From Piromyces finnis finn (taxonomy: Eukaryota > Fungi > Neocallimastigomycota), in assembly GCA_002104945.1 (NCBI GenBank), contig MCFH01000007.1, forward strand, positions 558,001 to 622,000: DNA of 64,000 nucleotides, given 5' to 3'. The position numbers were made by a program, and so were the translations under genes. The notes under the pieces are model-generated. The model had not been told where the DNA came from and made no database searches. It saw only the letters and a list, made by a program, of their open reading frames with translations. Position 1 is the first letter of the stretch. Every line of letters begins with the position of its first letter. Positions 35,401 to 45,676 of the stretch are shown here, piece after piece.

Positions 35401-37038
35401 AATGAATTAATTAATAATTCAAAAGAAAAAATTATTGAAAAGGAAGTGTTATCTGAAAATTCTAAGGAAATAATTGAAGAAAATGTAAATGTTGTAAAAA
35501 CGATAGATGTACAAATTGAAAATAGTTTGTGTGATGAATTAAGTGATGATACTATCAAAACTATTCCTGAACCTTCCATACACTCAATGAACACTGAGAA
35601 CGCCGGGTCTGTTAAGTCAAAGATTTCTACTCTTTCAAAAATATCTAATAATGTAAAAACATCATTAAAAAGTTTTGCAAAGAGTTTAGGTGATAAGGAT
35701 AATATATACGAAAACACTGACATATCAAGAATTTCTAAGAGATCTTCTATCACCAGCTTTACAAGTAATAATTCTGATGATTCTAGCATCTCTGATCTTT
35801 TTTCTACAACAATTACTAAATGTCCAGTAACAGAAGAAGCCCAATGTAGCAATCCAGCAAATCAAGATGAAGCCATTCGATATAACATTGAAAATATGAA
35901 ACCAATAAAAATTATTAAAGAATCAAAGAATAGTAATCTTGGTAAGAGAACATCAGGTATATTAAAAAACAGATCTTCATATTCCATATTGAAAAATAAG
36001 AGTTCTTTTAATAAACTTAAGAATAGAAATAGTGGAAGTATCTATAGTATTTATAGTGGTAGTATTGATGCTTTTCCAATTAAATTAGATGAGATGCCAT
36101 CAAAAAAATTAAAAAATAAAATATCTATAGAAAGTAAAAAAAGTAAAGTAAGTTTTTGTGAAGATAAAAATATTTACAGAAACATTACCATTGATAGAAA
36201 AGATAGTTCAAAATTAAAGCGTATCAGTAATAGTAGTATTATTCCCTACATTGTAGAAAAGTCATTAAATCAAACCACTATCTTGAATGAATCTTCAATA
36301 AAATTTGATAATTATAGCACTACTGAATCCTTTTCTATTTTAAAAGGAAACTTTAATGAAGACGATGAAAGTATGAATGGTAACATCGGCTTTTCAGATA
36401 ATGAATATAATACCGATATTCCAGCTGAACCATACTTTTATCAAATTCACAATATGCCATCTATTTCCTCCATAAACTTTTCATATGATTCAGAAATTGA
36501 TGCTGTCGTTTCTGATCTTACCAAAGAAAAAATTCAAATATTCGATCAACAATTATTGAATAATAAAACCAATTCATCAGCAACTTTTTATCATAATAGT
36601 CATGAAGATACAATGAACAAACGTCAAAGTAGTAATAATACTTATCATAATGAAGATGAAGAAATAAGTAACTTTTTTGAAAGTCAATCTGACAATAGAA
36701 CATCTTTCATTGTAATTGGTAAAGATGATGATGTATTAAAGGAAAATTCATTAGTTGATAAGAACACTAAAGGTAATACTTTATATAATGATAAAACTAA
36801 TAATAAAGATTCATATAGTAATAGATTAAAAAAAAATAATCAATTATTGTCCAATTCTGAATCTTTAAACTCAACTTCTTCTGTAAACGCTATCCGTAAC
36901 TTTCCACAAAATGGAAAGGATTTTAAATATACCCCAAGTTGTTCATCATCAATCATAACCAATATATCTACCAATACCAACAATATCAACAATAGCATAA
37001 ATAGTAACTATAGTATATATTTTAATAATTATTTATAG
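32491..37038 (+). CDS. Large uncharacterised Ser/Asn/Pro/Lys-rich, probably disordered protein (1515 aa ORF; may continue into 37920-40213 by splicing)
   Basis: A 4.5-kb stop-free ATG-initiated ORF is very unlikely by chance in such AT-rich DNA. Internal repeats include VPPLSPLSTAKSLNNEKI x2, ISPLNSPL x2, EKEELT(K/E)DSK x3 and ATSPRY x2. No recognisable domain. Confidence 0.8.
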   Translation: MKFKTIFKKLNPKKYDKKSALNDRISPTSPSPASSPNTTSPVNYKPIDFPQRKTSSVFQGYPNNHFNIYGRKYSASTISSSSLPTSFPPVPYVVQPTKQNEVTEINQESLDYSQVSTIPSPSRRESYITSRRSSQKVINQENIDINEFRKNSIGKIHGANEFFGVKSLENSNNTTTLINSNDEVMTSFPSKRSNSPNDHSNTLNPLLMALHKDKDENRQEKNDEILEYIDNQNENLAVDGYFESPYPETQTYENNNTLMRTISTKPHSQPHSPLSPSLSISSKKKTHSIFGYLKKKDKKKDKEFKTVFKNFSVMDTQSIEHEGLIIVDNQNNALHSLWEQCNSDLMKRNSTINKNSVVPPLSPLSTAKSLNNEKIVPPLSPLSTAKSLNNEKISTSPISTPLNYEKVSNPHNSQSNYHKSLERKSTSPFISPINEKNCMNISPLSSPSNQEILNLNLIQSSLNNKKISSSPLHSPKNANRISVNSRYITGNNERISSSYSSPINQHMNYERISPLNSPLNHKRISPLNSPLSHERMSLFSLSNERVSPNLYNSPGNSEKKNSQLNSLKDESQNGINTIRPPRSQSINSQQRNFSYYNGVVNHSPSPSTPKYPINSIATSPRYKIYMKESNDNKPNVDLLDDTMNSQQCNSEVSYSLSMLKSQVNPYATSPRYRVYMMNNNNNDDNKTNADFNTINSINYNNKSRINSLKGKPSVPGRNDSLFNNLTVNIQNKPLSHQSSTSHPLVEMSKSDLLLNNKNNNNSRTSLRINTNVPVRIVHSPVNNKPQISPNGYSLKLTTSPLPPLRTRKSPALSYTKLSSPISPTSNVSSEDILKENVGQTDISTNNNSLSKNKNNILNSNIEKEQSKECISLKVSETEKESVLAKYLEERTEEESTIISFIEKPSEPETEIIEKKEKSFKNLKEDTTEKEELTKDSKEKTIEKEELTEDSKEKTIEKEELTEDSKVKIIENELINNSKEKIIEKEVLSENSKEIIEENVNVVKTIDVQIENSLCDELSDDTIKTIPEPSIHSMNTENAGSVKSKISTLSKISNNVKTSLKSFAKSLGDKDNIYENTDISRISKRSSITSFTSNNSDDSSISDLFSTTITKCPVTEEAQCSNPANQDEAIRYNIENMKPIKIIKESKNSNLGKRTSGILKNRSSYSILKNKSSFNKLKNRNSGSIYSIYSGSIDAFPIKLDEMPSKKLKNKISIESKKSKVSFCEDKNIYRNITIDRKDSSKLKRISNSSIIPYIVEKSLNQTTILNESSIKFDNYSTTESFSILKGNFNEDDESMNGNIGFSDNEYNTDIPAEPYFYQIHNMPSISSINFSYDSEIDAVVSDLTKEKIQIFDQQLLNNKTNSSATFYHNSHEDTMNKRQSSNNTYHNEDEEISNFFESQSDNRTSFIVIGKDDDVLKENSLVDKNTKGNTLYNDKTNNKDSYSNRLKKNNQLLSNSESLNSTSSVNAIRNFPQNGKDFKYTPSCSSSIITNISTNTNNINNSINSNYSIYFNNYL

Positions 37039-37648
37039 TAATTTATAAATTTCATTATATCATATGAAGTATTTTTTTTTTTTTATCATATAGCATTTTT
37101 TCATTGAATTAATTTTTTAATTATATTTATTATTTACCTTTTATAATAATTATAATTAACAAAACAAAAATAATATATATTTTTATTTTTTTTATACTTC
37201 TTAATGGTTATTCATTATTCTCCAAAGAAAAAAGTAATAGAAATATGAAATAATAAATATAAATTAAAGAGAAAGAAATAGAGAAATAATAATAATAAAA
37301 AAAAAGATAGAATATTAGTTATAAATAATTAATATTATTAAAATAATAAATTATAATAATAGTAATAGTGATGATTGAGATAAAAATAGTTTAAACTATA
37401 CAAATTTTCTTCCCTTTTACAAATATTTTAAATATTTTTTTTTAAAAAAAAAAAATATAAAAAACAAAATATTAATTTTTATATATTTTTATATATATTT
37501 TTATGAAAACAAAAATACACTAAAAACAATTATTTATTTTATATCAATCATCAATATTAACTTATTATATTTATATAATGATTATCATTAATAATCCTAT
37601 TTTTTTTTTTCCACAAAAATAAAAAAATAATGCAAAAAAATATGCATA

Positions 37649-37759
<111 letters not shown>

Positions 37760-37885
37760 TCTATCAAAATATTGTTCAACATTCAAAATTAAAAAAAAAA
37801 AAAAAAAAAAAAAAATAAAATATAAAATCTTTAAAAAAAAAAATTACAACTATTTAATAAAATTTGTACCTTTTCAATTTAAAAA

Positions 37886-40213
37886 TTGTCAAAAATAAAT
37901 ATAAATAAAAAAAAAAAAGATGATAAAAAGGAAACAAAACCATTATATAGTGATCATATATCAATTAAAACAAGATATTCTGAACCGTGTGAAAAACTAG
38001 ATATTAACATAAATGACAGTATTACCATGGTTAAGAAAGATAAATCTTTTAAGTCTACAGGTGACATAGATTCTGTAAATAATATTGATATAGATTTATT
38101 GGATTTAAAATTGGATTTAAATTTAAATTTTGATTTAAAGGATGAAATTTGCAATTCTATTAATTTAGAAAAAAATGAAGAAATTAAGAATAATTATGAA
38201 TTTAGTAGCCTTGAGATTGAAGATAGTCCAAATGAATTAAAAGACTTAAATATCAATAAAAAAGAAAGCAAAAATCTTTCTTCCCCACTTAGTCCTACCA
38301 ATATTAATACTAATAATTCAATTAAAGCTAAAAAAAATAATACAGATGATTTAAATTTTAGTAGCATCAAGAAATTAATTCAAAATAAAAAAAATAGTGA
38401 TGAATCTAGTTCTTCAAGTTCCCAATCAGATTCAAAATCAAATGAAGATGGTGAAAAATCTAATCATATAAAGTTTAATAATAAAGAAATAAGAAAGATC
38501 AAGAATCAAAAAAGAGAAAGCAATGACTATAATAAAAATGAAATTAACAATGAAAATCAAGAAACCGTAAAAAGATCTTTCTCAAAGCAATCAAGAAGTA
38601 GTAAACTTGAATTTCCATTCAGAAGGTCTTCATCAAAACAATCTAAAGATAATAAAAATGACTTTCCGTCAAGAAATTCTTCCGTTGTTACCACCGCATC
38701 AAAAACAAAAAATGATAATGTATTAAGAAGATCGTCTACTAAAAGAAGTGTTAATGATTATTCTAAAACAGTTCAAGATTGTATTCAGCAATTAGCACCT
38801 GCCTTTAAGAATTTTGATTCGCAATTTTCACCAAGTAAAGAAACCCAAAAGAGTGAATGTCAATTCGAAAAGAAAATTTCATACGAGAACAAGAAAGAAT
38901 CTCATTTATTCACTGATATCAAAAAATCAACAGTATTGGGTAAAGATGACATTTTTAAATCTAAAAAAACAAATGAAATATCAAAAATTAAATTTACCCC
39001 CATGAAAATAGCATTACCATCAAAAACTGACAATAATGCCTCCGAAGAACCTCTTACCATTGTTGTTGGAAATCAAGAAGTTACCCATTATAATTATAAA
39101 AGCTTTTCAGCTAAATCCAATTCTGTTGCAGTTGTTTCCGGTCAATATTCTACTCATAAAGATTTAAATAAAAGTACCCATAAATCTTTTGTTGAAGGTA
39201 CTACCTTGGTTAATAGTGATAGATATAGTAAAAATTTTCAAAAGTCCAAGTTAGTAGGTTGTTCAACATTAGTCAACAGTGAGGAAAACCCAAGTTTCTA
39301 TCCATCAAAAATAATTCAATCAAGCAAAATCATAAAAGAGAAAAGGAAGCCAGCATCCTTATTACCAAGAAATGAATCACTAAAAATTTTAAAGGATCAA
39401 TATCCAAAGGAATCCATTAATGCCGATGAAATTGTTGCAGCAAAATGTGTTGAAATTAATGGAAAAAAGAGTATTAAAAGTGAACGTATTAATACCAATG
39501 AAATTAAAGGCAAAACACCTCAACATAAGAAATATCAATCTTCACCAGTTAAATCTTCTAAACCAGCTCTGTGTGATGATTCAACAAATAAAACAAAGTC
39601 TGTAGATATTAATACTATGACTTTTTCAAGAAGAACTTCATCTCTAATTAATCCAACCAGTGTTCCATCACCATTACTCTATAACAAGAATATTCTAAGA
39701 GTAAAAAGAGAAGGTCTCCCACACCGTAAAAGAATTTCACATCGAAGTATAACCAAGAAAACCAGTCAAAGTTCCAGTTTAAAGATTAGTTCCATATTAA
39801 ATGAAGAACAAATAATGGCCAAAAAATCATGGGAAACCAAAGATGATGAATCTATCAATACAAATAGACATGCTAGTCATAGAACAAGATCTAGATCTTT
39901 CGGACCAGGTGATTTATCAAAGTATTATATGGTTGCCTTAGCCAATGTAATGTTTAATAATGGAAATTCAAAAGCTCTGTTTGAATCACCTTCTTATAAT
40001 AAATCTAATCAAGAAATTTTAAAAGAATTAAATGACAATGGTGTTATTTCTTTCCGTAGAAATAGTGTTGATCAATATGCTAATAATGATATCACATCAC
40101 CAATTTTTGAAAAAATTAATGGTTTAACCAATTTAGAATTTATTGAACTATATTTGGATATTGTTCAACGAAACCTTTCTATTGATGAGTTATTACAACG
40201 AATTTCAAAGTAA
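37886..40213 (+). CDS. Uncharacterised Lys/Ser/Asn-rich coding region (775 aa ORF, TTG start; probably a downstream exon starting at 37920)
   Basis: 2.3-kb stop-free frame with no ATG at its 5' end. An A-run+AG acceptor-like site lies at 37918-37919. The C-terminus looks helical (LEFIELYLDIVQRNLSIDELLQRISK). No recognisable domain. Confidence 0.7.
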   Translation: MSKININKKKKDDKKETKPLYSDHISIKTRYSEPCEKLDININDSITMVKKDKSFKSTGDIDSVNNIDIDLLDLKLDLNLNFDLKDEICNSINLEKNEEIKNNYEFSSLEIEDSPNELKDLNINKKESKNLSSPLSPTNINTNNSIKAKKNNTDDLNFSSIKKLIQNKKNSDESSSSSSQSDSKSNEDGEKSNHIKFNNKEIRKIKNQKRESNDYNKNEINNENQETVKRSFSKQSRSSKLEFPFRRSSSKQSKDNKNDFPSRNSSVVTTASKTKNDNVLRRSSTKRSVNDYSKTVQDCIQQLAPAFKNFDSQFSPSKETQKSECQFEKKISYENKKESHLFTDIKKSTVLGKDDIFKSKKTNEISKIKFTPMKIALPSKTDNNASEEPLTIVVGNQEVTHYNYKSFSAKSNSVAVVSGQYSTHKDLNKSTHKSFVEGTTLVNSDRYSKNFQKSKLVGCSTLVNSEENPSFYPSKIIQSSKIIKEKRKPASLLPRNESLKILKDQYPKESINADEIVAAKCVEINGKKSIKSERINTNEIKGKTPQHKKYQSSPVKSSKPALCDDSTNKTKSVDINTMTFSRRTSSLINPTSVPSPLLYNKNILRVKREGLPHRKRISHRSITKKTSQSSSLKISSILNEEQIMAKKSWETKDDESINTNRHASHRTRSRSFGPGDLSKYYMVALANVMFNNGNSKALFESPSYNKSNQEILKELNDNGVISFRRNSVDQYANNDITSPIFEKINGLTNLEFIELYLDIVQRNLSIDELLQRISK

Positions 40214-41527
40214 ATTGCAAAAAAAAAAAAAAAAAATCCATATAATAAATTCATCTATCTACAAAAATATTTATATGTTTATTTCATATAGGTAAATATA
40301 TAGATTTTATTAAAAAAAAAAAAAAAAGGAAAAAATTAATATTGTAAAATTAAAGTACATATTTTAATAACAATAAAAATATATATAATATATTATTATA
40401 GTATATTTTTTTTTAAAAAAAAGAAAAAGAAAAAACATGAATTTATTTTAATTTATTGACTTCTTTTTATTGTTAATCTACTTATAAGTTTAAATGATAT
40501 AAAAAGAGATTTTATCTTTTTATATCTATTTTTGTTATTATGTTGATATTCTTAAATTTATATTTTTTATAATTAAACACTGTTTTTTGTACAATTCATA
40601 GATAATTCCAAAAAAAAAAAAAAAAAAAAAAAAAAATACTTCTCACAATTAATAAATAATAATAAAATAAATTGAAAAGATAAAATTTTATTAAAAATCA
40701 AATTATCCAGTTTTAAAATAATGGAAGAATTTTTAAATAAATCTATTAATGATTTATGTTTTTTTAATGGGAATTTATTTTAATATAAATTATTATTTTT
40801 AATCTTTTTAGTTTGCCAACCTTTACTATCGTAAGTGAAGATTCATAATGAAAAGATCCACATATCTCTGCACTACAACACTTTAATGAATATTCTTTAT
40901 TCTTTCTACAGAATTCATAAAACATCCGACTACATTAAGACTTTTTAATAGATAAAGAAAAAATATAGTACGTTTTGTATTATAGATATTATCATAACAT
41001 ACAACATTTAGATTCCACATATCTATACAGATATTATTATTTAAACCTTTGAAAAGCATTTTATTATCCGTTTTATTGTCAATAGAAATATAAATAACTT
41101 CACATTGTTATTAAATTCTATTTATTTAGATTTAAATGGATAAAGAATTAAAATATATCTATGAGTCTTAACTTTTTTATTTTTTATCTGGAAGCTCAAT
41201 AAAATATTTAATATAATTAATCATTATTCACTCATACAAACACATCGTTTTTATAACAAAATAGTCTGTAATATCCACAAAATAATGTAGAAATAATTAA
41301 TCATAAAACTCTTTAAATTTCATGATTAGAAAAATAGATGAGGTTTTATATCAAATATAGTTCATGATTGGGGCGTTAGAATTTTAATGTCTTTTATTAT
41401 ACGCCACTATATAATAAAAATCATATCTTGGTATTTATCCATTCTTTTACCAAAAACCGGGAAAAAAAAATATCATGAAGATTCCCTTGACGAATCAAAA
41501 ATGATATTAAAGAACAATGATTAAAGG

Positions 41528-41559
<32 letters not shown>

Positions 41560-41875
41560 GTAAATAACAACTACTTTATATAATAAGATAATCGGTCTAT
41601 TTTCAAAGTATCATAATTTTTTTTAATTCCACTAAATTAAGAATTTATATATTTTATAAATATGATGTATTTTTATTTAATATCTTTTTAAATTATTATA
41701 AAAAAGAAAAAAAAAAAAAAATAGTTAAATTATTAATCTTGAAAATAATTAAAATAATTGATAATTATATTTTATAAATATCTTAAAAGTAAATTCTTTT
41801 AATAAAGATAGATTTTTAATTTCATAATTAAAATATTAAATATCGTTATAGATCAAAATAAAAAGAAAATGATAT

Positions 41876-41876
<1 letters not shown>

Positions 41877-41954
<78 letters not shown>
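41877..41954. repeat. (AAT)n microsatellite, ~26 units
   Basis: Pure trinucleotide run downstream of the CBM18 gene. Confidence 0.95.
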
Positions 41955-42102
41955 GATTTACTTTTAATTATACAGTTAATTCAATACAACATTAAATTAA
42001 ATTATTAAATAACTTTATAAAGTATTCTATATAGTAATAGTATGTTATTACGATAATAATTGATGATAATGAAATATTATTATTAATTTAGTTATCGATT
42101 AA

Positions 42103-45100
42103 TTAAATAGAGTTTTCATGAATTAATTGTCCAATTTTATAACCATAATCTTCTTGGTAATTATTAGCATTAGCAAATTTAATATTATAATATAAATGAG
42201 GATCGAATAAATTGAAGAAAACATCATAGGTTTCATTGAAAAATTTAGAAAATAAACTTTCTAAATTAACCGATAGAACTATACTTTTATTTGAAACCCA
42301 ATCTCTATTGTCGGTATCAATATCTATGATGAAAACATCATTGGTGACGGTTGATTTAAATAAAAGCTCTGACTGGAAGTATTTATAGGCTGGAGCAAAA
42401 CCAATATTTTCTAGAGATATATTTATTGTATTATTTTCAAAGAAACTATCTCTTAAAACATATCTATAACCTAAATGATAATTCATATATTCTTCAGCTG
42501 TTACTTTATTCCAATTTGGTTGATAAATTTGTTTGCTAAAAGTAATATTCCATCGGTTAAAAATTAAGCGATCATATTCATCATTGTAATAAGATAGATG
42601 AATATTCTCGCTATGGTTTTCACAAACATAAAAGTTGTTATAATTATCTGGACTAGCAATGACCTTTTTAATATCTGATAATTCATAAATTTCCTCATAC
42701 TCATCATTTTTTATATTGGAAAGAACTTCTCCACCATTTGGTACCCTTAGACATAACTCTTTTTGAAAATCAACTTCATCTTTTCTTGGCATTTTTACAT
42801 AAAGTTTTTCTGTATCATCATTAAAGCAGGTAACAGCCACTTTACTATAAGTACCAGTATCTGTTTCGCTATAAAATAATCCATCATTATACAAACTTAG
42901 TCTTTTAATTAGTTCTTCATATTCTTTGCTACTTTTCTTTTTAATTTCATTAGTGATAGCTCTGTGATGACAAGGGGTTCTCACTGCTAAAAATATAGAA
43001 TTATCAAACTTTTCATTAATGGCTTCCATAATTTTAGTATTTGAAATTAAGGATGTAGCATGTTTAGTACTATGCATTTCACCCCATCGACCAACAAAAA
43101 CTCCTTGATAAATATATATAACATCTTTATATTTATTAACTATACTTGAAAGTTGATCAATATGTGTTAAAATAGTATCAATATTTTCTGGTTCTTTATC
43201 TGTTGGACTGTATCTATAGCAATTACTTCCCTCAACCAAAGTAAATTTTCCATTTTCTCTTTTTGATAATTTAGAGGTTTGATTTGTTACTTTAATATCA
43301 TTTTTATCATTATTGCTAGCCATAATATTGCTTTTACTTAATACACTTTTCATATATTCAATATCTTTATTTGTTATATATTCTTCACCATTATCTAATT
43401 CTTTTTTTACAAATAATCTTTCTTCTAACACAGATGATGATGTTGATGATGATGATGATGATGACTTTGAACTTCCGCTATCATAATAAAATCTTAAAAT
43501 AATTTGGGTTGTTGGATCAATCTCTTCCTTTCTTTTTCTATATTCATTTAATAAATAATCTAAAAATTCTAGTGCTTTTGTGGAAATAGGTGAGTCATAA
43601 TATTCTGATAATCTAACACCTAAATATTGCAATCCTGTTTTACTTTTTCTTACCATACTAAAAGTATAGATAAAATTGCAATCAGTATCAGCACTGTCTG
43701 TTAAATCTATGGTGAAAGAACCATGGAAACAACCTCGATATGGATTTTGTAATTCATTAAAAGATTCTTTCATGACTTCAGGTTTATATTTTGTATTTTC
43801 TATACATGTGCCATAATCTAATTGACAATTGTTTGAGAGAGCGCAATAAGAAAATGTTTTTCCACAAAATCCATCTTTACTACAACAATGACCTGAAGGG
43901 CATTTACCATATCCCGGTCCACATTTACAGTTTCCAAATTCAGATTGGCAATTATTGGAAATTAAACAATATGCATCAGTTGTACCACAATATCCTTTTG
44001 CACTGCAACAATGATTAGAGTTACAAATACCATTGTCTCCACTACATTTACATGTTCCAAATTCTGGTTGACATCCTTTAGCTGAGGAACAGTAACTTGT
44101 TGTCTTTCCACAATATCCTTTTGCACTACAACATTGATTAGTACCACAACTACCAAAAGTACTACCACATCTACAATCACCATATTCAGATTGGCAACCA
44201 TTAGAAGTAGAGCAATATTCTTCTGTTTTTCCACAGAATCCATCCTTACCACAACATTGACCTGAAGGGCATTTACCATATTCAGGTCCACATTTACAGT
44301 TTCCAAATTCAGATTGACAATTATTAGAAATTAAACAATATGCAGCAGTTGTACCACAATATCCTTTTGCACTGCAACATTGATTAGTACCACAACTACC
44401 AAAAGTACTACCACATCTACAATCACCATATTCAGATTGGCAACCATTAGAAGTAGAACAATATTCTTCTGTTTTTCCACAGAATCCATCTTTACTACAA
44501 CATTGACCTGAAGGGCATTTACCATATTCAGGTCCACATTTACAGTTTCCAAATTCAGATTGACAGTTATTAGATGCTGAGCAGTATGCAGCAGTTGCAC
44601 CACAATATCCTTTTGCACTGCAACAATGATTAGAGTTACAAATACCATTGTCTCCACTACATTTACATGTTCCAAATTCTGGTTGACATCCTTTAGCTGA
44701 GGAACAGTAACTTGTTGTCTTTCCACAATATCCTTTTGCACTACAACATTGATTAGTACCACAACTACCAAAAGTACTACCACATCTACAATCACCATAT
44801 TCAGATTGGCAACCATTAGAAGTAGAGCAATATTCTTCTGTTTTTCCACAGAATCCATCCTTACCACAACATTGACCTGAAGGGCATTTACCATATTCAG
44901 GTCCACATTTACAGTTTCCAAATTCAGATTGACAATTATTAGAAATTAAACAATATGCAGCAGTTGTACCACAATATCCTTTTGCACTGCAACATTGATT
45001 AGTACCACAACTACCAAAAGTACTACCACATCTACAATCACCATATTCAGATTGGCAACCATTAGAAGTAGAACAATATTCTTCTGTTTTTCCACAGAAT

Positions 45101-45462
45101 CCATCCTTACCACAACATTGACCTGAGGGGCATTTACCATATCCCGGCCCACATTTACATTTTCCAAATTCAGATTGACAGTTATTAGATGCTGAGCAGT
45201 ATGCAGCAGTTGCACCACAATATCCTTTTGCACTGCAACAATGATTAGAGTTACAAATACCATTGTCTCCACTACATTTACATGTTCCAAATTCTGGTTG
45301 ACATCCTTTAGCTGAGGAACAGTAACTTGTTGTCTTTCCACAATATCCTTTTGCGCTACAACATTGACCTGTAGGGCAATTACCATACCCTTCTCCGCAT
45401 TTTAAAGCATGAGTAATTGAAATAAATAATATAAATATACATATATATATTGTTACTTTCAT
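42103..45462 (-). CDS. Secreted protein: signal peptide + 13 hevein/CBM18 chitin-binding modules + DUF4874/DUF4832-like (putative glycoside-hydrolase-fold) domain; intronless
   Basis: Hydrophobic leader MKVTIYICIFILFISITHA. Thirteen 41-aa 8-Cys modules of the form CG..yG.C...qCCS..GyCG.T..YC.....CQ.efG.C. C-terminal motifs NPYRG, IILRFYYD, QGVFVGRWGEMH, AVRTP, LYNDG...DTGTY, NGGE, HLGYRYVL and LENIGFAP were recognised from bacterial DUF4874/DUF4832 proteins (motif recall, not a search). Confidence 0.85.
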   Translation of the reverse strand: MKVTIYICIFILFISITHALKCGEGYGNCPTGQCCSAKGYCGKTTSYCSSAKGCQPEFGTCKCSGDNGICNSNHCCSAKGYCGATAAYCSASNNCQSEFGKCKCGPGYGKCPSGQCCGKDGFCGKTEEYCSTSNGCQSEYGDCRCGSTFGSCGTNQCCSAKGYCGTTAAYCLISNNCQSEFGNCKCGPEYGKCPSGQCCGKDGFCGKTEEYCSTSNGCQSEYGDCRCGSTFGSCGTNQCCSAKGYCGKTTSYCSSAKGCQPEFGTCKCSGDNGICNSNHCCSAKGYCGATAAYCSASNNCQSEFGNCKCGPEYGKCPSGQCCSKDGFCGKTEEYCSTSNGCQSEYGDCRCGSTFGSCGTNQCCSAKGYCGTTAAYCLISNNCQSEFGNCKCGPEYGKCPSGQCCGKDGFCGKTEEYCSTSNGCQSEYGDCRCGSTFGSCGTNQCCSAKGYCGKTTSYCSSAKGCQPEFGTCKCSGDNGICNSNHCCSAKGYCGTTDAYCLISNNCQSEFGNCKCGPGYGKCPSGHCCSKDGFCGKTFSYCALSNNCQLDYGTCIENTKYKPEVMKESFNELQNPYRGCFHGSFTIDLTDSADTDCNFIYTFSMVRKSKTGLQYLGVRLSEYYDSPISTKALEFLDYLLNEYRKRKEEIDPTTQIILRFYYDSGSSKSSSSSSSTSSSVLEERLFVKKELDNGEEYITNKDIEYMKSVLSKSNIMASNNDKNDIKVTNQTSKLSKRENGKFTLVEGSNCYRYSPTDKEPENIDTILTHIDQLSSIVNKYKDVIYIYQGVFVGRWGEMHSTKHATSLISNTKIMEAINEKFDNSIFLAVRTPCHHRAITNEIKKKSSKEYEELIKRLSLYNDGLFYSETDTGTYSKVAVTCFNDDTEKLYVKMPRKDEVDFQKELCLRVPNGGEVLSNIKNDEYEEIYELSDIKKVIASPDNYNNFYVCENHSENIHLSYYNDEYDRLIFNRWNITFSKQIYQPNWNKVTAEEYMNYHLGYRYVLRDSFFENNTINISLENIGFAPAYKYFQSELLFKSTVTNDVFIIDIDTDNRDWVSNKSIVLSVNLESLFSKFFNETYDVFFNLFDPHLYYNIKFANANNYQEDYGYKIGQLIHENSI
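43804..45402 (-). repeat. Coding tandem array of 13 x 123-bp CBM18 units with a 615-bp (5-unit) higher-order period
   Basis: The marker AATACCATTGTCTCCACTAC recurs at 44026, 44641 and 45256, a spacing of 615 = 5 x 123. Confidence 0.9.
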
Positions 45463-45637
45463 TTTTATTTTTTTTTATACAAATTGCATAAGCATTTTAC
45501 TTTATTTTTTTTTGTCTGTTTATTTGTTTATTTTAAATTACAAATTACAAATTTAAATTAATGTCATTCAAAAAATAAAAATAAAAATAAAAAAAAAAAA
45601 AAAAGGAAATATATATATATATATAATTTTAAATAAT

Positions 45638-45676
<39 letters not shown>

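Noticed and set aside
34929-35852. 307-aa antisense ORF
   Set aside because: Lies wholly opposite the 1515-aa ORF and mirrors its repeats; a shadow frame with no independent features.
40810-41560. Slightly GC-richer stretch that might be a decayed transposon or pseudogene
   Set aside because: All frames tried are interrupted by stops with no recognisable motif, termini or TSD. The T-run at ~41533-41559 is on the wrong side to be its poly(A) tail.
43962-45386. Three V/N/L-rich ORFs of 114-196 aa
   Set aside because: Alternative reading frame of the CBM18 repeats; their periodicity simply copies the array.
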